Positions 1-35,227 are shown, counted from the stretch's first letter. The stretch is 64,000 bases of DNA from Amoebidium appalachense (GCA_963693365.1 CAVNZM010000012.1:496001-560000), one strand, 5' to 3'. Program-made: numbers and translations. Notes: generated by a model not told the origin, from the letters alone.

Positions 1-464
1 AAAGTTGTAAAGACGGATCTTGCTTTGACAAACCAGCCCCTATCCACCCACCTACCCATACTCACCCACCCACATTCATACAAACACATGCACACACACA
101 GATAGGGTTGTTCTTATGCTTCTGTATTCTTGTTCTTCCCCTCCCCTCTCCAAACCCTTGGGTTTGATCGTGTACTTTTCCATGCCCGATCCTATCTCAT
201 ATATACACATGTAACTCCAAGTCACGGCATAGTGCAATTCCACTCTACCCTTTACCTGTGTCCATAATGCTTCACCATTCCACTCGTCTTCTGAAAACAC
301 TTGGTCGCTACAGTATCCCTTCCGCTCCAAGCACACTCAATCCCCCGCCCCCCTCCCCCCCTTTCTCCCCCTTCTTCTCCCCCTTCTCCTTCCCCTCCCT
401 CCTCCTTCTCCCCTCCTTCTCCCCCCCTCCCCCCTCCCCCCCCCCCCCCCACACACACACACAG

Positions 465-19053
<18,589 letters not shown>

Positions 19054-20243
19054 CCATCAATGGACATAATCAATGGCATGAAAGGTATTGTGTTTCGGTC
19101 ATGGGAATGAAAGGAAGTATGCGAAGTGCACACACCAGGCATGCAAATGTTTTTGAACGTATCTCATGTACTTGTGCAACTGAACGGTTACGTTAGAGGC
19201 TCGAAGCTCCAAGTTAGTGAAATTATTGATCAATATGTCCCATTTGCAAAGATGTTTTGAACGGGTTTGTCCATGCATGCAAGGTTGTGCTCAGCACGGA
19301 CATATGTTTTATTACTTCAGTATTAGTGGCTTTTAATATTAATGGTGGGTATGTTTTTTTATTATTCAGCGAAAATCAAACTCTTGTGTTTCTTCTCCAG
19401 CCTGAGGACCTGTACATGTGGCAGATGCACAGACGTGTCATGTAGGATTGCTACACAACACAAATGCACGATGCGCACATGATATCGATTCAAATTTCCT
19501 ACACTGCCGTGATGCATTGAGTGCACATGCGACTTAGTCAGGCAACAGTATCACAACGTTCCGAAGTGAGTCGGTGGCCCGTAGCTATAGTGAAATCAGA
19601 CCCAAACACAGGTGTTGATGTCGACAGCCTTGCCTGCCTCTGCAACTTCAATAAATTTAGTTCGGATGTACCATGAGCACAGTTGCAACTTAGTACTATG
19701 TAGTGGGTGTTACCCAGTCACAGTGTTACCTACATAATATTCCTACTTTTTCTTTTACACGAGTAGTATATATATGTATTACTATCAGAATAAATGTGGA
19801 GCAGAGGCAGGATTCGGTCCTGTGACCTCTGTAAGAGACATTCCCTTCTACATAGCGGATCGAGAGTAGAGAGATACGCAGGAAGTGGTTTGAGATCTCG
19901 GATCCTCAACCATCTGAGGATGGTCCGGCTGCTTTATATCCTGCGCGGATGCCAGTCCGCGAATACATCGTCCAATCATGAAGAAGCGGAGTCGGCGAAG
20001 TTTCGACATCTCAGTATTGGAGTCCGGCAAGCCGCGGTTTGAGTCCGTGAGTCCGTGAGTCCGTCCGTCCGTGAGTCCGCCCCTGAACGGGGCAGAACGA
20101 TTGGCAGAGATTAATAGCCTTATATGGTAACTAACGAGCATTTAATGCCGCGGACGTGGGAGCGGGGCAAAACTATTGGTGATCGTGTTTCATGTTATTG
20201 CTTAAAAAGCCTTCATATGGTAACCATGGTGATCGTGTTTCGT

Positions 20244-20591
<348 letters not shown>

Positions 20592-20611
20592 GAATGGGGG
20601 GGAGGGGGAGG

Positions 20612-20679
<68 letters not shown>

Positions 20680-20702
20680 GAAGGGGGGAGGGGGGGGGGA
20701 GG

Positions 20703-20795
<93 letters not shown>

Positions 20796-20808
20796 GGGGG
20801 AGGGGGAG

Positions 20809-20904
<96 letters not shown>

Positions 20905-20956
20905 CAGAAAGAGCGGGAGGGAGGGGAAGGGGGGAGGGGGAGGGGGGGGGGGCGCC

Positions 20957-20995
<39 letters not shown>

Positions 20996-22679
20996 ATGCA
21001 CACATGCACCTCCTCCCTCTCACATGCTGGCACTCAAATCTCTCACACTGAAGCCCTCCACCTCCGCTTCTTCATGATTAAGGCAAAGCCCGGCAGGGCG
21101 TGCCGTTACTAGTAGGATTACAGATAGTCTCTCAGGATAGATCGGGATTATGTACTAGCCAATAGGAAGACAGTTTTGGTTCCTGGCGTATGCGGCCCCA
21201 GGCGGTGTCCCCAAGTACGCGGGGGCGTGATAGGCGGGAACAGGCTAAGTACGTGACTGGGAAGAGCAGGAATAAACAAATAGACTATTTTATCATAACA
21301 ATTACTACAGAAAGTCAAGATCACACTTGATGGAAAAAAGTGCATGCGCACGTACACCGCTGCGCGGCAGTGCATGCATGGCACGGTACAAGTATATTAT
21401 TACGCACATTTAAGTTATCTGCCCACGTGACACACACATGCGTGCGTGCACGCGCAAGCGATCCCAGACGTAGTATCAGACGCCATACGACAGCATGCCA
21501 CGTGTACCGTATAGTACTATTAGTACATCATATTATGAACTGCAGAGGACCATGCCCCAGGGCATGCATAATAATATGTCGAACTAATATAGGATGTCGC
21601 ACTGGCAGCCTCAAGCCTGCAGGCCAGCTGTGTGCCATTCACATGGCAGTGCGTGTGCACTCTTGCAAGATCTATTGTAGTTGGCGGGAGGGAGCGAGGA
21701 TGTCGCCCGGCCAAAGGCTCGGCGAGTCGGCTGTCACGTTCAAACGGTTCCCGTAGTCGGCGACGCTGGCCGCGTCGACCATAGTCCGAGTCCTTGCAAT
21801 TGAAAAATATGGGATAGCGACTTCAACTGGGGTAGCTGGGAGTGCAATGATCTGAGTACTCAGACGGTAAGCCTAGGCCCTGCGTAGCTACGGTCACTGA
21901 GTGTATACATGGGGGCCCATGGGGGCCGGCCACTGTCAGTCCTGTCAGGGTGACGGCACGGCCCTCTGAAAAAAAGAGGGCCGTGGTGACGGTCCGTCTT
22001 CCGTGACCGACGTGCTGCGAGCGCTCTGCTCATGATCCGAGTGCGCTGCGGGTTGTGCGGCCTGCTGGCGGAGCCTGGCAGTGCGGGGCCAGCAGACCAG
22101 GCTGTGAAATTGTAGGTATATATGGGCCAGAAAATTGTTCCTGAAAGTCCGAAAATTGTCCCTAACATTTGAGGTTAGGTCCATCAGTTTCTCAAAATTT
22201 TTCCCTAACACAGCCAAAGATATAGAAAAATGCCCCCTTAAAACGGTTGTTGGCTCTACTGTATTAGGGCCATCGAGGCTGGTGGAAAGTTGCCAAAGTG
22301 GCACCAGCCAAAAACAAATTTATAAAAAAAGTAAAAAAAGAGCGGTTTTTTCTTTACCCCGGGATATCTAGATCACCTTCTATGAGCACATCAATAAAGT
22401 CATTATAAAATAAAAAAATTCACACCCTGCAGCATGCTAGCAGCACAGCTGCCAAGCAAGACCCTTCCTCTCTCCCGTCATAGCTGCCCGACGTGGACGT
22501 GGCCCGGACACAGAGTTGAAAGCAATTGAGGAGAGTTTTATTCAAATATAGTGCAACCCCGAAAGCTACAATCTAAGCCATCAAACCTGTGTGTACACTG
22601 TGTGTGTGTGTGTGTGTATACGATAATAATACTTTCAATGAATGCCCAATAAACAGATGACCAATCCCTGCACCGCGAT

Positions 22680-24877
<2,198 letters not shown>

Positions 24878-24899
24878 GCCGCGATCTGACCTTAGTGGT

Positions 24900-25180
24900 T
24901 ACAGCCAATCAGCAAAGGTTTGGAATGAGGCGTGTCGATCAGAGGAGTAGATGCTTCTTGTAATTCATAGCAACTTAATAAATATATGGAGTAAAAATAG
25001 AACAAATAAGATTAAGGTATTTTTTGAAGTTTAAATAATGCTTTTTTGTGCAAAATAAATATTATAACAAGCTTTTAGTCGTGCGCGTGTTTCATAGGCT
25101 TTACCTCCTTCCTTGGAGCGAGTTAACCCAATCAAAATCGACACTGGCACTCCCAAAGGTCCTACAGTGGAGCCAATCAA
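24900..25180 (+). promoter_or_regulatory. CCAAT (NF-Y-type) boxes upstream of the YxN scaffold gene
   Basis: AGCCAATCAG at ~24902, CCCAATCA at ~25127, AGCCAATCA at ~25171; ATG at 25393. Confidence 0.45.
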
Positions 25181-25392
25181 ATCTCATGCGTCGTCGGTGT
25201 GTGGCTGCGACACATTCTTATGCCAGAGCTCTCACTTCTTGTGTTCAAACTTCGAATGCTCCTTCGCTATGTGTGAACCTTGAACGCAAAAAGAGCACAT
25301 TTCTTCTTCCTCTAGTAAAAAGAACTAGCTATAAGACACTCCCGGTTTTTCTCCCTTCTATGCCATTCTAGTCTCAAGCACAGCCATCGACC

Positions 25393-27553
25393 ATGGCCGC
25401 CACTGTCAGCACTATGGGGTCCTCTGAAATTCCCCTCCTGCCCGTCCGCACAACCCACCACAACTTTCCCTTAAGCCCCGAGAGGACTTTTGAGCCGGTG
25501 CCTCTTGTAGTTCCGCGCCCACCAAACAGGGCAGCAAGAGAGAAGGTGGATGCGGGCGAGGCAGTAACTGTGTCTGTGAGTGCGGCGCGGCAGAGGTTTG
25601 AGGGTATAGCCACACAGACAGGCACACAGGGGGGGAGCCAACGTCACAGCGTCAACAGTGCAAGCAGTGGAGCGGCAACGAGAAATTGGAAGAGGGTCAG
25701 CGCACCAAATGCAGCATCACGCCGTATCAGCCAGGCAAAAGGTCCGGGTGTGTGTGTGCGTGTTTTTATGTGTGTGTCAATGTGACGGACTTGGACTTGT
25801 CACGGTTTCGTGTCTCAACAAGTGTCTCGTGTCAATGTCTCGTGGTCCAAAACACCACCGTCAAAGTTCTGAGGTGCTTTAGTGACAACTTCACCTCCGC
25901 TGCAACTGGCAGCAAGCGCTCAGCTCTTGCATACGCTTAAAATTCTACCGTTCACCTCTGAGAGGTAGCGTCCACTCCAGCCTCGTCTAACATCTCCATG
26001 CGCACAGATGGCGACTTCCTCACAGCCCAACTGGCGCCCCCAGCGTCTGTTGTTCCCGACACTCTCTACGACAACATCCCACCAACCGCACCGGTAGCAA
26101 AGCCAGCGGATGTTGTTCCTTTCGACCACTTACTCGATATGTTCGAGCAGCTAGTCACCTCCCCCCCAACAGCCCCCAGTTCAACTACAAGTCACGACGC
26201 ACCAGCCATCGCATATCTTTGGAGGTCACAGACACCTGTGCGGGCGACACAAAGAGATTGATTGAGCTGGAGGGGGCAGAGGCTGCAAAAGCCCCCGAGG
26301 GGGATATTTACGAAAATTCAATTAGCGTGCAGGAGAGGAAAATGGTGTATGAAAACGTGCAGCCACCAGCTAAGAATGTGAGACCTGTAGCGCAGGCGCG
26401 CAAACCGGAAAAACCAGAGGAAATATACGCTAATGCTACGGCACGCGATCGCAAAAACTCTATTAGACGCCTTTTTGCAAAAAACCCCACTCCGGCGCAG
26501 AAAATTGAGTCTGAGGTGTATGAAAATGTTGAACAGCTGAAGGCAGCACAGACCAGGGGCTCCGTGGGCACACGGCACAACTTCAGTGACGGGGGCATCT
26601 ATGAAAATATCCTGACCCCCCCAACTAGGGGGTTTGTGGTGGGCGGCGGTATTAGCCCTAACACAAGCAGGCAGTGGAGTCCCAACATGTCAGGTGTGTG
26701 TGTGTGTGTGTGTGTTCGAGAGGATTTGTGTGTATGTGTGCACGGCAAGTGTGTGCCCGTGTATGAGAAAGTGGCATGGAGGGCCTATATATATGCATGC
26801 TCTGTGTGCGTGGCTTGTGCACACACGTTGCATCTGTGCGGGGGTTAAGTTGGCGCATATCGAGAAGATATGTGTGTTCTAGTGGTGGTGTTCGTGGTGG
26901 TTGGGTTTTTTTTTCGGGGGGGGGGGGGGGGTTGGAGACAAGGGGGGAGAGCACCGCAAAATTTCCAGTCCCCCCCCCCCCCCCCCCCCCCCCCTTCTTT
27001 TTTTTTCTTTGGGGGGGAGGGGGGTGGAGGAGAGGGGGAGAGCACCGCAGAATTTCTAGAGCTGTTACGTGCAGGCACTCAGTCGAGAAACAGTGTAGTG
27101 TGCTGTTCATAGCCAGATCACCCACGCTTAGACCTTGGTGATGAGTGCATACAGAAGCACACACCCGTCCACCCATGTTGCCATGCTGTGATATCCAGCC
27201 AATTAGATCGCTAGTCGAGAAACAGTGTAGTGTGCTGTTCATAGCCAGATCACCCACGCTTAGACCTTGGTGATGAGTGCATACAGAAGCACACACCCGT
27301 CCACCCATGTTGCCATGCTGTGATATCCAGCCAATTAGATCGCTAACTGTTTGTGTGCAGCCAGTGCCTCATACACGGGAATGGATGGTGACAGCCGCAG
27401 CAGCACCAGCCTATCCAATCATTCCATTCGCTCAGAGGTGGGTAAATCAGGAAAGGCTCAGTTTTTTGTCTTATTGGTGCAGATCACATGGGTTGAGAAC
27501 TAGTCCGTGATGCGGTGCACGTGCTATGCACATGTAGAGACCCAAGATATGTG

Positions 27554-27585
<32 letters not shown>

Positions 27586-28701
27586 TACAGAAAGACACAC
27601 GCTCACGCGCGCGCGCGCGCACACACACAGACAGACAGACACACACGCAGACACTCGGTCTATATGCAGGCATGTCCGATTATTGAAAATGTGCACATCA
27701 CACCACCATTACCGCCAATGTAAACAGTCCCGGTTCCGTTGCTATATTTGTCCACACACACTAAAAATAACCCTTGGCCCTGCAGCCGCTGCCGCTCAAG
27801 GCCACACTTATACCCCGGGTACATGGGCATGCAATGGTGAGGGGGCAGGGCAAGGCCAGGCCAGCGGCAGACAGTTACTATTGTGTGCCTATCCTCCAGA
27901 GTCTGGGTGCAGATACAGGCGGCCAGAGGTTCAAGCAGACAGGGTGCACGTACGTAGAAAAATCCCTTGCCCTCTGTGTTTGCTTGTTTGTGTACGTGCA
28001 CGACCTCGCTCGTGTGTTTGACGTCTGTAAGTAAGAGGGAGTGTGTGTTGTATGCGTGCATGCGTGCGTGTGTGTGTGTGTGTGTGTGCGCGCGTGGGCG
28101 CATGCCTGCACACGTTCAATGTGGATGTGCTTGTGCCTGCACACTTGTTTTTGCACACGCCACGCCACATGCATGACATGCATAGTGTGTGTATGCACTG
28201 GTGTGTTTGCTAGTTGCGAGTAAACAAAGCAAACGATAAACGTGCACACGTCTGTAGAACTGATCCTCTCTTGCTGCTATTTACATCTCTCTTCTTGTTC
28301 TGCTCTATCAACGTATCCAAATCCCTCCCTCCCCTCTGCCCCCCCCTCCCCCCTCTCCCCCTCTCCCCCCACCTCCCCTCCCCTTCCCCCTTCCTTACCA
28401 GCACACACACACCCCACCAACACCAACCCCTGCTGTCTTTCACTAATTTGGCTGCCCATCCCCCCCCCCCCCCCCCCCCCCCCCCATCGCATCGTGTTAT
28501 CCGTTTGTTCTTGTGTACTTCGTACTTTTTGACGCATTCAAACCCCCCCCCCCCCCCCCCCAGGTACCTGCACTTCATGGGGCAGGTATTGGTGCGTCAG
28601 GTGCGCATTGGGGAGGACGGCACAGCCCAGGCCCGGGTGATGGATGTGGGCACACAGAGAGACAACAAGGCCAGGCAGAGCATGTGTGTCCCCACTTACA
28701 G

Positions 28702-28742
<41 letters not shown>

Positions 28743-29122
28743 AAAAAAAAAGAAGAAAAAAAAAAAGCCCACCTAAGCGCAAACTCACCCTGGCACACAC
28801 CTGCATGCAACCACACCCCCATCCCCTACGTTCCCAATCTGTGTCCCTATGCCCCTCAACCCCATCCTTCTGGCAACATTAACATACAACACACAACACA
28901 CGAGCGTGTTGTGTGACCGCTCATCAGCCATCACACATAGACAGGGTCTTCCTACTTTCCTTTATTCACATCCTCACATTCCCATTCGTATCAAGCTTAC
29001 ATCTGTCAGAGGAAGAGTGATATGTTTGCTTTTGCATGTGTCGTGCACCGTGTTTTCGTCGTGTACTTGTACTTCGTACCGTGTTCCACATTCTAACCCC
29101 CCCCCCCGGGAACTCAAACGTA

Positions 29123-29168
<46 letters not shown>

Positions 29169-29337
29169 GCAAGGAGACCCCCTGACCAAGTTCCGCAAGC
29201 AGCAGATCAGTCGGGAGGAGTTTGAGAGCACGTGGGCACAGCACAGGCACACGGCACAGGCCCAGCCCCGCACACACGGTGTGTGCCTGTCCGTGTTTGT
29301 GCGTGTGTGCTGGCATGTGTGGAAGCATGCATCTGTT

Positions 29338-29389
<52 letters not shown>

Positions 29390-30690
29390 CGCGCGCGCGT
29401 GTGTGTTTGTGTGTGTGTGAAAGGGTGGGCTACTTTTGTGTTCGTTAATCACTCGTGTAGGCTGCCAGATTAGTTGAGAAAGGCACACGCAAGATATGAG
29501 ATGGTAGGGGAGTGTGTGGAAGGATTGGGGTGCGGGCACCTGGGTGGGGAAAAAAGATTGCTCCTTGTATCATCCTCTCATCCTCCAATCAAAACAAAGG
29601 AAGGAAAAATTGACTATGAGAGGCCAGTGGGGAGTGGCATGCACACTGCACATAACAAGCACTGATGGTTGGCTGGGAATCACACAGAAGCCATCGACAT
29701 GAGCGACCAAAAGGACAAAAAGAAGGGTGAGCATTCTGTCCCCCCCCCCCCCCCCTGCACGTAGTTTGCACTCTGCATTGTGATGTCCGTCGTGCTGTAT
29801 AACAAACTCTAAACCCCTTCCCATTCTTTTGTACCCTTGCTGTGTGCCTCCTCTTATATAACTCTGCTAAACTCTTTTAATAAAGCACACATCCATAAGC
29901 AAGCTACCCATCCATACAGATAACCCCAATGGAGCATGAGCAACATAAAATGTTACTCATCGGCCTATCCCGGGAATTTTTGGGAAATGGCTCAATTAGG
30001 ATGAGTAACTTTTTAGGTTACTCAATACCCTCCATCAAAGAAACAGGCTTTTGTACCTTAAAAAAGGCCCAGCAAGAAAACATGGTGTTTTATAGTACAA
30101 TACTACACTGCAATACCATGATCATTATCCGCCGGCGGCTTTTTGGCTGTTTTCGTTCAGCCCGGGACTGCGCCTGTGTGCCGCGCTCAATTGATGCCGC
30201 CGGCGCCCAAAATCACTAATTGATGAGTCACATTCTTGTGAGATTAGTAACTTTCTTCACACCTCGCTACCCCTTCACGATCGCTCATAGTAAACATCAT
30301 AAGAATAGACTTCTCGCTAAATAATATAAGCCTTTGGATGCGGGCGGGAAAAAATCTGAGCGCCCCAAAAATGAGTAACATTAAATGTTACTCATTAAAA
30401 ACCATCCGGGATATGAAAGGGGAACGAGAAAATGCTCGCCTGTAGCCTTCCTCATTAAAAACCATCCGGGATATGAAAGGGGAACGAGAAAATGCTCGCC
30501 TGTAGCCTTCCGAATCGGTCAGAGTCTGTCTTGTAGAATCTCAGTATCTCAGTTATTTTGCTATTTAATCATGAGCAGGGATACTAACGTTTTCTCTTTT
30601 TTCTGTGCAGGTGACAAGAAGGGTCTCTTCTCCTTCTTCCGTTCCAGCAAAAAGTCGAAGGTGGCCCAGGCACCACAGAGGTTCGTCCAT

Positions 30691-30740
<50 letters not shown>

Positions 30741-31033
30741 ACACACACACACCACCACCACAACCCACCCACCCACCCACCCATCCATTCACCCCTCTTG
30801 CACTTCTATTGCATACATCCCTGTCCCCTTGCCCCCCCCCCTCCCCCCCCCCCCCCCCCCCCTGAGGATGGGCTCTGCTTATGACGCATACTGTGTGCAT
30901 TTCTGATGTTGCATACTTGAATGTTTGCCTTTACATGTGTCCTGCACCATGCTTCTCGTCGTGTATACGTACTTCGTACCGTATTCCGCATTCAACCCCC
31001 CCCCCCCCCCCCCCCCCCCCCAAACACACACAC

Positions 31034-31075
<42 letters not shown>

Positions 31076-31360
31076 ACGCACACATCGGATGTACTCGTAC
31101 TGCTTGTGTATGCTCTTCCTTGGCAGGTTCTACATTTTGTTGTCTGCCGTGAATTCGTACTTCGCAATTTGTAGAGCATCCCCCCCCCCCCACTCACCTA
31201 CCCCCGAGTATGCTGTAGATCGGCTGTTGTTCTCTGAAATTTCATCCACTTACCTGTTCTCCTCCACCATTTTCCTCCTAAGCCAAACACATGAGCGGAC
31301 ACACGCACACACACACACACACACACACCGCACATGCACACACAAGCGCGCGCATGCGCG

Positions 31361-31414
<54 letters not shown>

Positions 31415-31480
31415 GGTGGCGCAAAGCCTCTTCCAACGGAGCCCTACACGGCCATGCGCATGCAACGAGTTGGCGCCTAA
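25393..31480 (+). CDS. Uncharacterised, largely disordered signalling scaffold with six YxN tyrosine motifs
   Basis: Exons ~25393-25747, ~25981-26693 (frameshift in C-run ~26161), ~27361-27437, ~27786-27943, 28564-~28680, ~29167-29278, ~29688-29727, 30611-30680 ([15 protein letters not shown]), 31414-31480 (..MQRVGA-TAA; phase matches the previous exon). Motifs LYDNI, IYENS, VYENV, IYANA, VYENV, IYENI. Confidence 0.65.
27081..27344. repeat. Perfect 132-bp tandem duplication in an intron
   Basis: 27081-27212 = 27213-27344. Confidence 0.9.
28489..28542 (+). mobile_element. Heavily 5'-truncated copy of the poly-C retroposon (subfamily B)
   Basis: Matches the 3' tail 7137-7190; poly-C on both sides. 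Confidence 0.75.
29022..29096 (+). mobile_element. Diverged truncated copy of the poly-C retroposon (A-like, ends CATTCTAA)
   Basis: TTTGCATGTGTCGTGCACC..GTACTTCGTACCGTGTTCCACATTCTAA followed by poly-C. Confidence 0.65.
29921..30413. mobile_element. MITE-like element in an intron
   Basis: Imperfect ~40-bp terminal inverted repeats, each with the palindrome ATGAG(T/C)AACAT..ATGTTACTCAT; TA at both flanks. Confidence 0.45.
30391..30510. repeat. Perfect 60-bp tandem duplication spanning the MITE right end
   Basis: 30391-30450 = 30451-30510. Confidence 0.9.
30861..30995 (+). mobile_element. 5'-truncated copy of the poly-C retroposon (subfamily A)
   Basis: CCTGAGGATGGGCTCTGCTTATGACGC...CGCATTCAA, poly-C on both sides. 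Confidence 0.8.
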
Positions 31481-32374
31481 ATCTTTTCTCATCACCCAAT
31501 CAAATCATCGACAAGTCACGTGTTTAAAAGCGACTACAAATGAGATTGCAAAGCGTATCACGTGGGTTCATTCTTTCGCGGCCAATCGTGTGACACGGCA
31601 CAATCAAAGTTTTTGTATCATCGGAGTTATGTGAATATATCAATACATGTGCACTTTTTAAAGCATTTTCTGTTTGTACCATAGGCTGTAAATGACAAAT
31701 ATGGTCAGTAACATTATTCTTATGAAATCGGAGATAAAGTCACCCACCCATATGCACACAGAAGCATTACCATTTCTTAGCCCCGTAGGACGCCCCGATC
31801 CAAATAATATTCATTTTATGTAATAAAAATATTATGAAAAAAGGAATTACCATATACACCCCGATCCAAATAGTAAAAAAATATGAAAAAAGGAATTACC
31901 ATAAAGGGATAAATATGCACATGTCACCATGTACATAGTTAAGGGCCCGGGGGTGTTTTTTGGCCTGTTATAGTTGTACAGGCAGGACGGTTTAACCATC
32001 AACTACGCTACCCGTGTTATAAGGCACTGTGTGCACACGTCGAGGTCATATCTCGCTGTGAGTAGGTCTGTGGCCATGCTCACCAACCGGTCATGTTTCC
32101 AATAATAAACATGTGGCAGAAAAATCTGAATCGTCTCACTTTCATCGTGAGTGTGGATTCCCGGGTGGACACACGCACCCGGCTCATTCTTCACTCATCT
32201 CTGGGCCCCCGTAAGCTTAGCGGCGCACGATGTCATATGAGCCATGGTCGGGGCTCTTCTCCCCGATTGGGGAAAGGGTGAGCTCGAGGTGGGGTTCTTT
32301 CTTTCTTTTTTCCTTGATTGTGTGTGTGTGTGTCAGTCTGTGTGTATACTGGAGCTCCTCCCGGGGGACCCGCA

Positions 32375-32406
<32 letters not shown>

Positions 32407-32863
32407 CTCTTTTTTAGGGAGTTGATGTGCACGTGACAGTAAGGCACCATTCATTAGCCATGTGCTGGGCCAGCCAGCAGCAGTAACACAATCACGGCAC
32501 CAATAGCTTGAATAAACTCGACGCACTAGGGGGGATACTAGGGGGCTGATAGGCACGACATTCACAACATACATCTCATTCATACATTCATTTGATTACA
32601 GAGTGCCCTCCCCCCTCCCCCCCCTCGGGGAAAAACAAAACAAAAGAAAACACCACCGCCATTTTAAAACAATCAAACAAAAAGTCATTCGTCACTACGA
32701 GCCACAGTGACTGTCCAACATATCCACAGCACCAAAGTCGTTGTTTTCCACCCAACACCACCACCCCAAACCCACGCGACACCACCCATACACACATTCA
32801 TACACTGCATGCATGTGCCTCACCCGGCATACCCAAATACAGCATTTACCACCCACCCCAGCT

Positions 32864-32971
32864 CTATTCATCCTCTTTGACCAACGACATGTCTTCCCGG
32901 CTCATTGCTTTGAGGTGGAATCCCCGTGTGGGTGCCCCGTACACATTCTTCTTGTCTGTTATGGGTGAAAA

Positions 32972-33004
<33 letters not shown>

Positions 33005-34435
33005 GGGGGGGGGGGGGGGGTTAGAATGTCGTACACAGAACGAAGTACATAGTCATGCGTGTATGTAAAAGAAGGAAAAACAAAATGCAAGGTTATAAAT
33101 AGTAGAGCCCATGATCAGCGGAATCAAGTAATCCAAAGTACACGAGTTTCGAACCATATTGTGCTGAAAAAACCCGGGGAGATGGGTCCACATGCAAACG
33201 ACAACGATTGGTGTTTGGTGGTGAGAAACCAAGATGCAAGTGGTCGTCACATGGCAGGCAATACCACCTGGTGAGTGCCAGTACTTTCCAGGCATGCAGT
33301 GAAAACAACAACACATGTGCCACCATGCAACACGTGTACAAACACCTGCACATACGTGCCCTCTCCAACCTAATTACCCCACGCAAATGCCCATGCACAC
33401 ACACACGTGCGTACCAACACACGCGCTACCCGCCCGGCCACCTAGCATACACCCATACGCACACCCCCTTCCCCCTCAAACCCCCCCCCCCCCCCCCCCC
33501 CCCACACACACACACAAGCACATGCACCTCCCCCCACCACCCCCACACCCACACACATCTCCCCCTCCCCCCCCAACTCCCTGCTCCCCCACCCCCCACC
33601 CCCCACCCCACTCCGCTCCCAAACACACACCAACCTCCCCCCCCCCCCCCCCCCCCCCCCCCGAGGATGGGCTCTGCTTATTATGCATACTCTTTATGTA
33701 TGGCTTGCATTCTGCATCGTGTTATCCGTTTGTTCTTGTGTACTTCGTGCTTTTTGACGCATTCAAACCCCCCCCCAAACACACACACCCACACACCTTC
33801 CAGCTGGTTGAGTGCTACCGTCTTCTCCTTGATGGTCTCTCTCAGGTCTTCAATCTCCACAGAGATCTGCTCCTGGTCTAATACAAACTGAGCATCAACA
33901 AAAACATCATCTATGACACTCACACTGCCGGGGGAAAATGGGAAAAGGCCAACGGGCGGAACAAGCATGGTTTTTTATTTCGCTTTTTCCCTTTCTTTGC
34001 CGGGGGTTGGGGGAAGGGGGGGGGGGGGGGGGGGGTGGGGGGGGGAGAGATGCAGATCAACACATTATGAACCCCCCCCCCCCCCCCCCCCCCCCCCCCA
34101 CCACCACACACACACACATGCACACACAGCACCCATATTTCTTCACGACTTTTGAAATTTACTAAAGGTGCTCTCAAGACGACGATAGCCTAAGAACGCA
34201 CCAGCAACGCTCTATCGCCTACCTACAATCATCCACCCCCCACTCCCTCCCTCCCCTCCCTCCCGTGCGCGCAAACAACTTCACCAGTGCAAACGAGCAC
34301 ATTGGATTAAAGAACAAGTCCCTATTCCTCAAATGGCTATTCAACAACAATGTCTGAGCTATTCAAGCCTGTAAAGGTGGTGCGTGGTTTTTTTTTTCTT
34401 TTTTTTTCTTTTCTTTCTTTCTTTTTTTTTTTTTT

Positions 34436-34466
<31 letters not shown>

Positions 34467-35076
34467 GGGGATCAAAACCTTTTTCAATCAGCTGCCTGGC
34501 CTTTTCCTGTGGCAGCTTTACGAATAGTGTCCCGAGACTCATCCAGACCTTGCCTGGGCATAGAGCCAGTAATGGGGGTCATGAAACGAACAAGCAGGCA
34601 GTTATGTGTGAGAGAGGAAAGAAAAAGGATTCGGCGGAGGAGGAGGGGGGTGATGGGGGGGGGGGGGGATGTTAAAGGGGGAGAGAAAAGAGGACACCGG
34701 GAGGCGCCTTTGAGGAGGAGAGAAAGTGACCCACACAGAGAACGTAACTCAAGGAGGTAGAAAATAGCTTCCTCTAATTCTTTTTTTTTTTTTTTTTGCG
34801 AGGGGGGGGGGGGGGGGGGGAGGGGTGCAACGAAAATGGTGCCTATAATTGCTTGTGCTCTCACTTTCCCACACGCACGCCGTTTGTGAACGGCCCTGGC
34901 AGGCGTGAGTTACCCAGACTCACTTGTGAACAAGCAAACCAGGGAAGTGCCAAAGGATTGTGTGGGGGCAGCTGGGGGCTGAATGCAAAGAGGGCGGTGT
35001 TGGGAGAGGAAAATTGTGTGTTGATTAGCAGCTAGGGGGTTTTGTGTGCAGGTGTGTTTTTGGAGAGCTCTGTGTA

Positions 35077-35166
<90 letters not shown>

Positions 35167-35173
35167 GTTGTTG

Positions 35174-35227
<54 letters not shown>

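Noticed and set aside
27081-27344. CRISPR-like array (also 30391-30510 and 44940-45340)
   Set aside because: Plain tandem duplications without unique spacers; eukaryotic context; no cas genes
28564-28680. PTB domain in the YxN protein ([10 protein letters not shown])
   Set aside because: Only a short resemblance; the rest of the domain is not recognisable
31088-31180. Additional copy of the poly-C retroposon (GTACTTCG..CAT followed by poly-C)
   Set aside because: Too diverged to assign by eye
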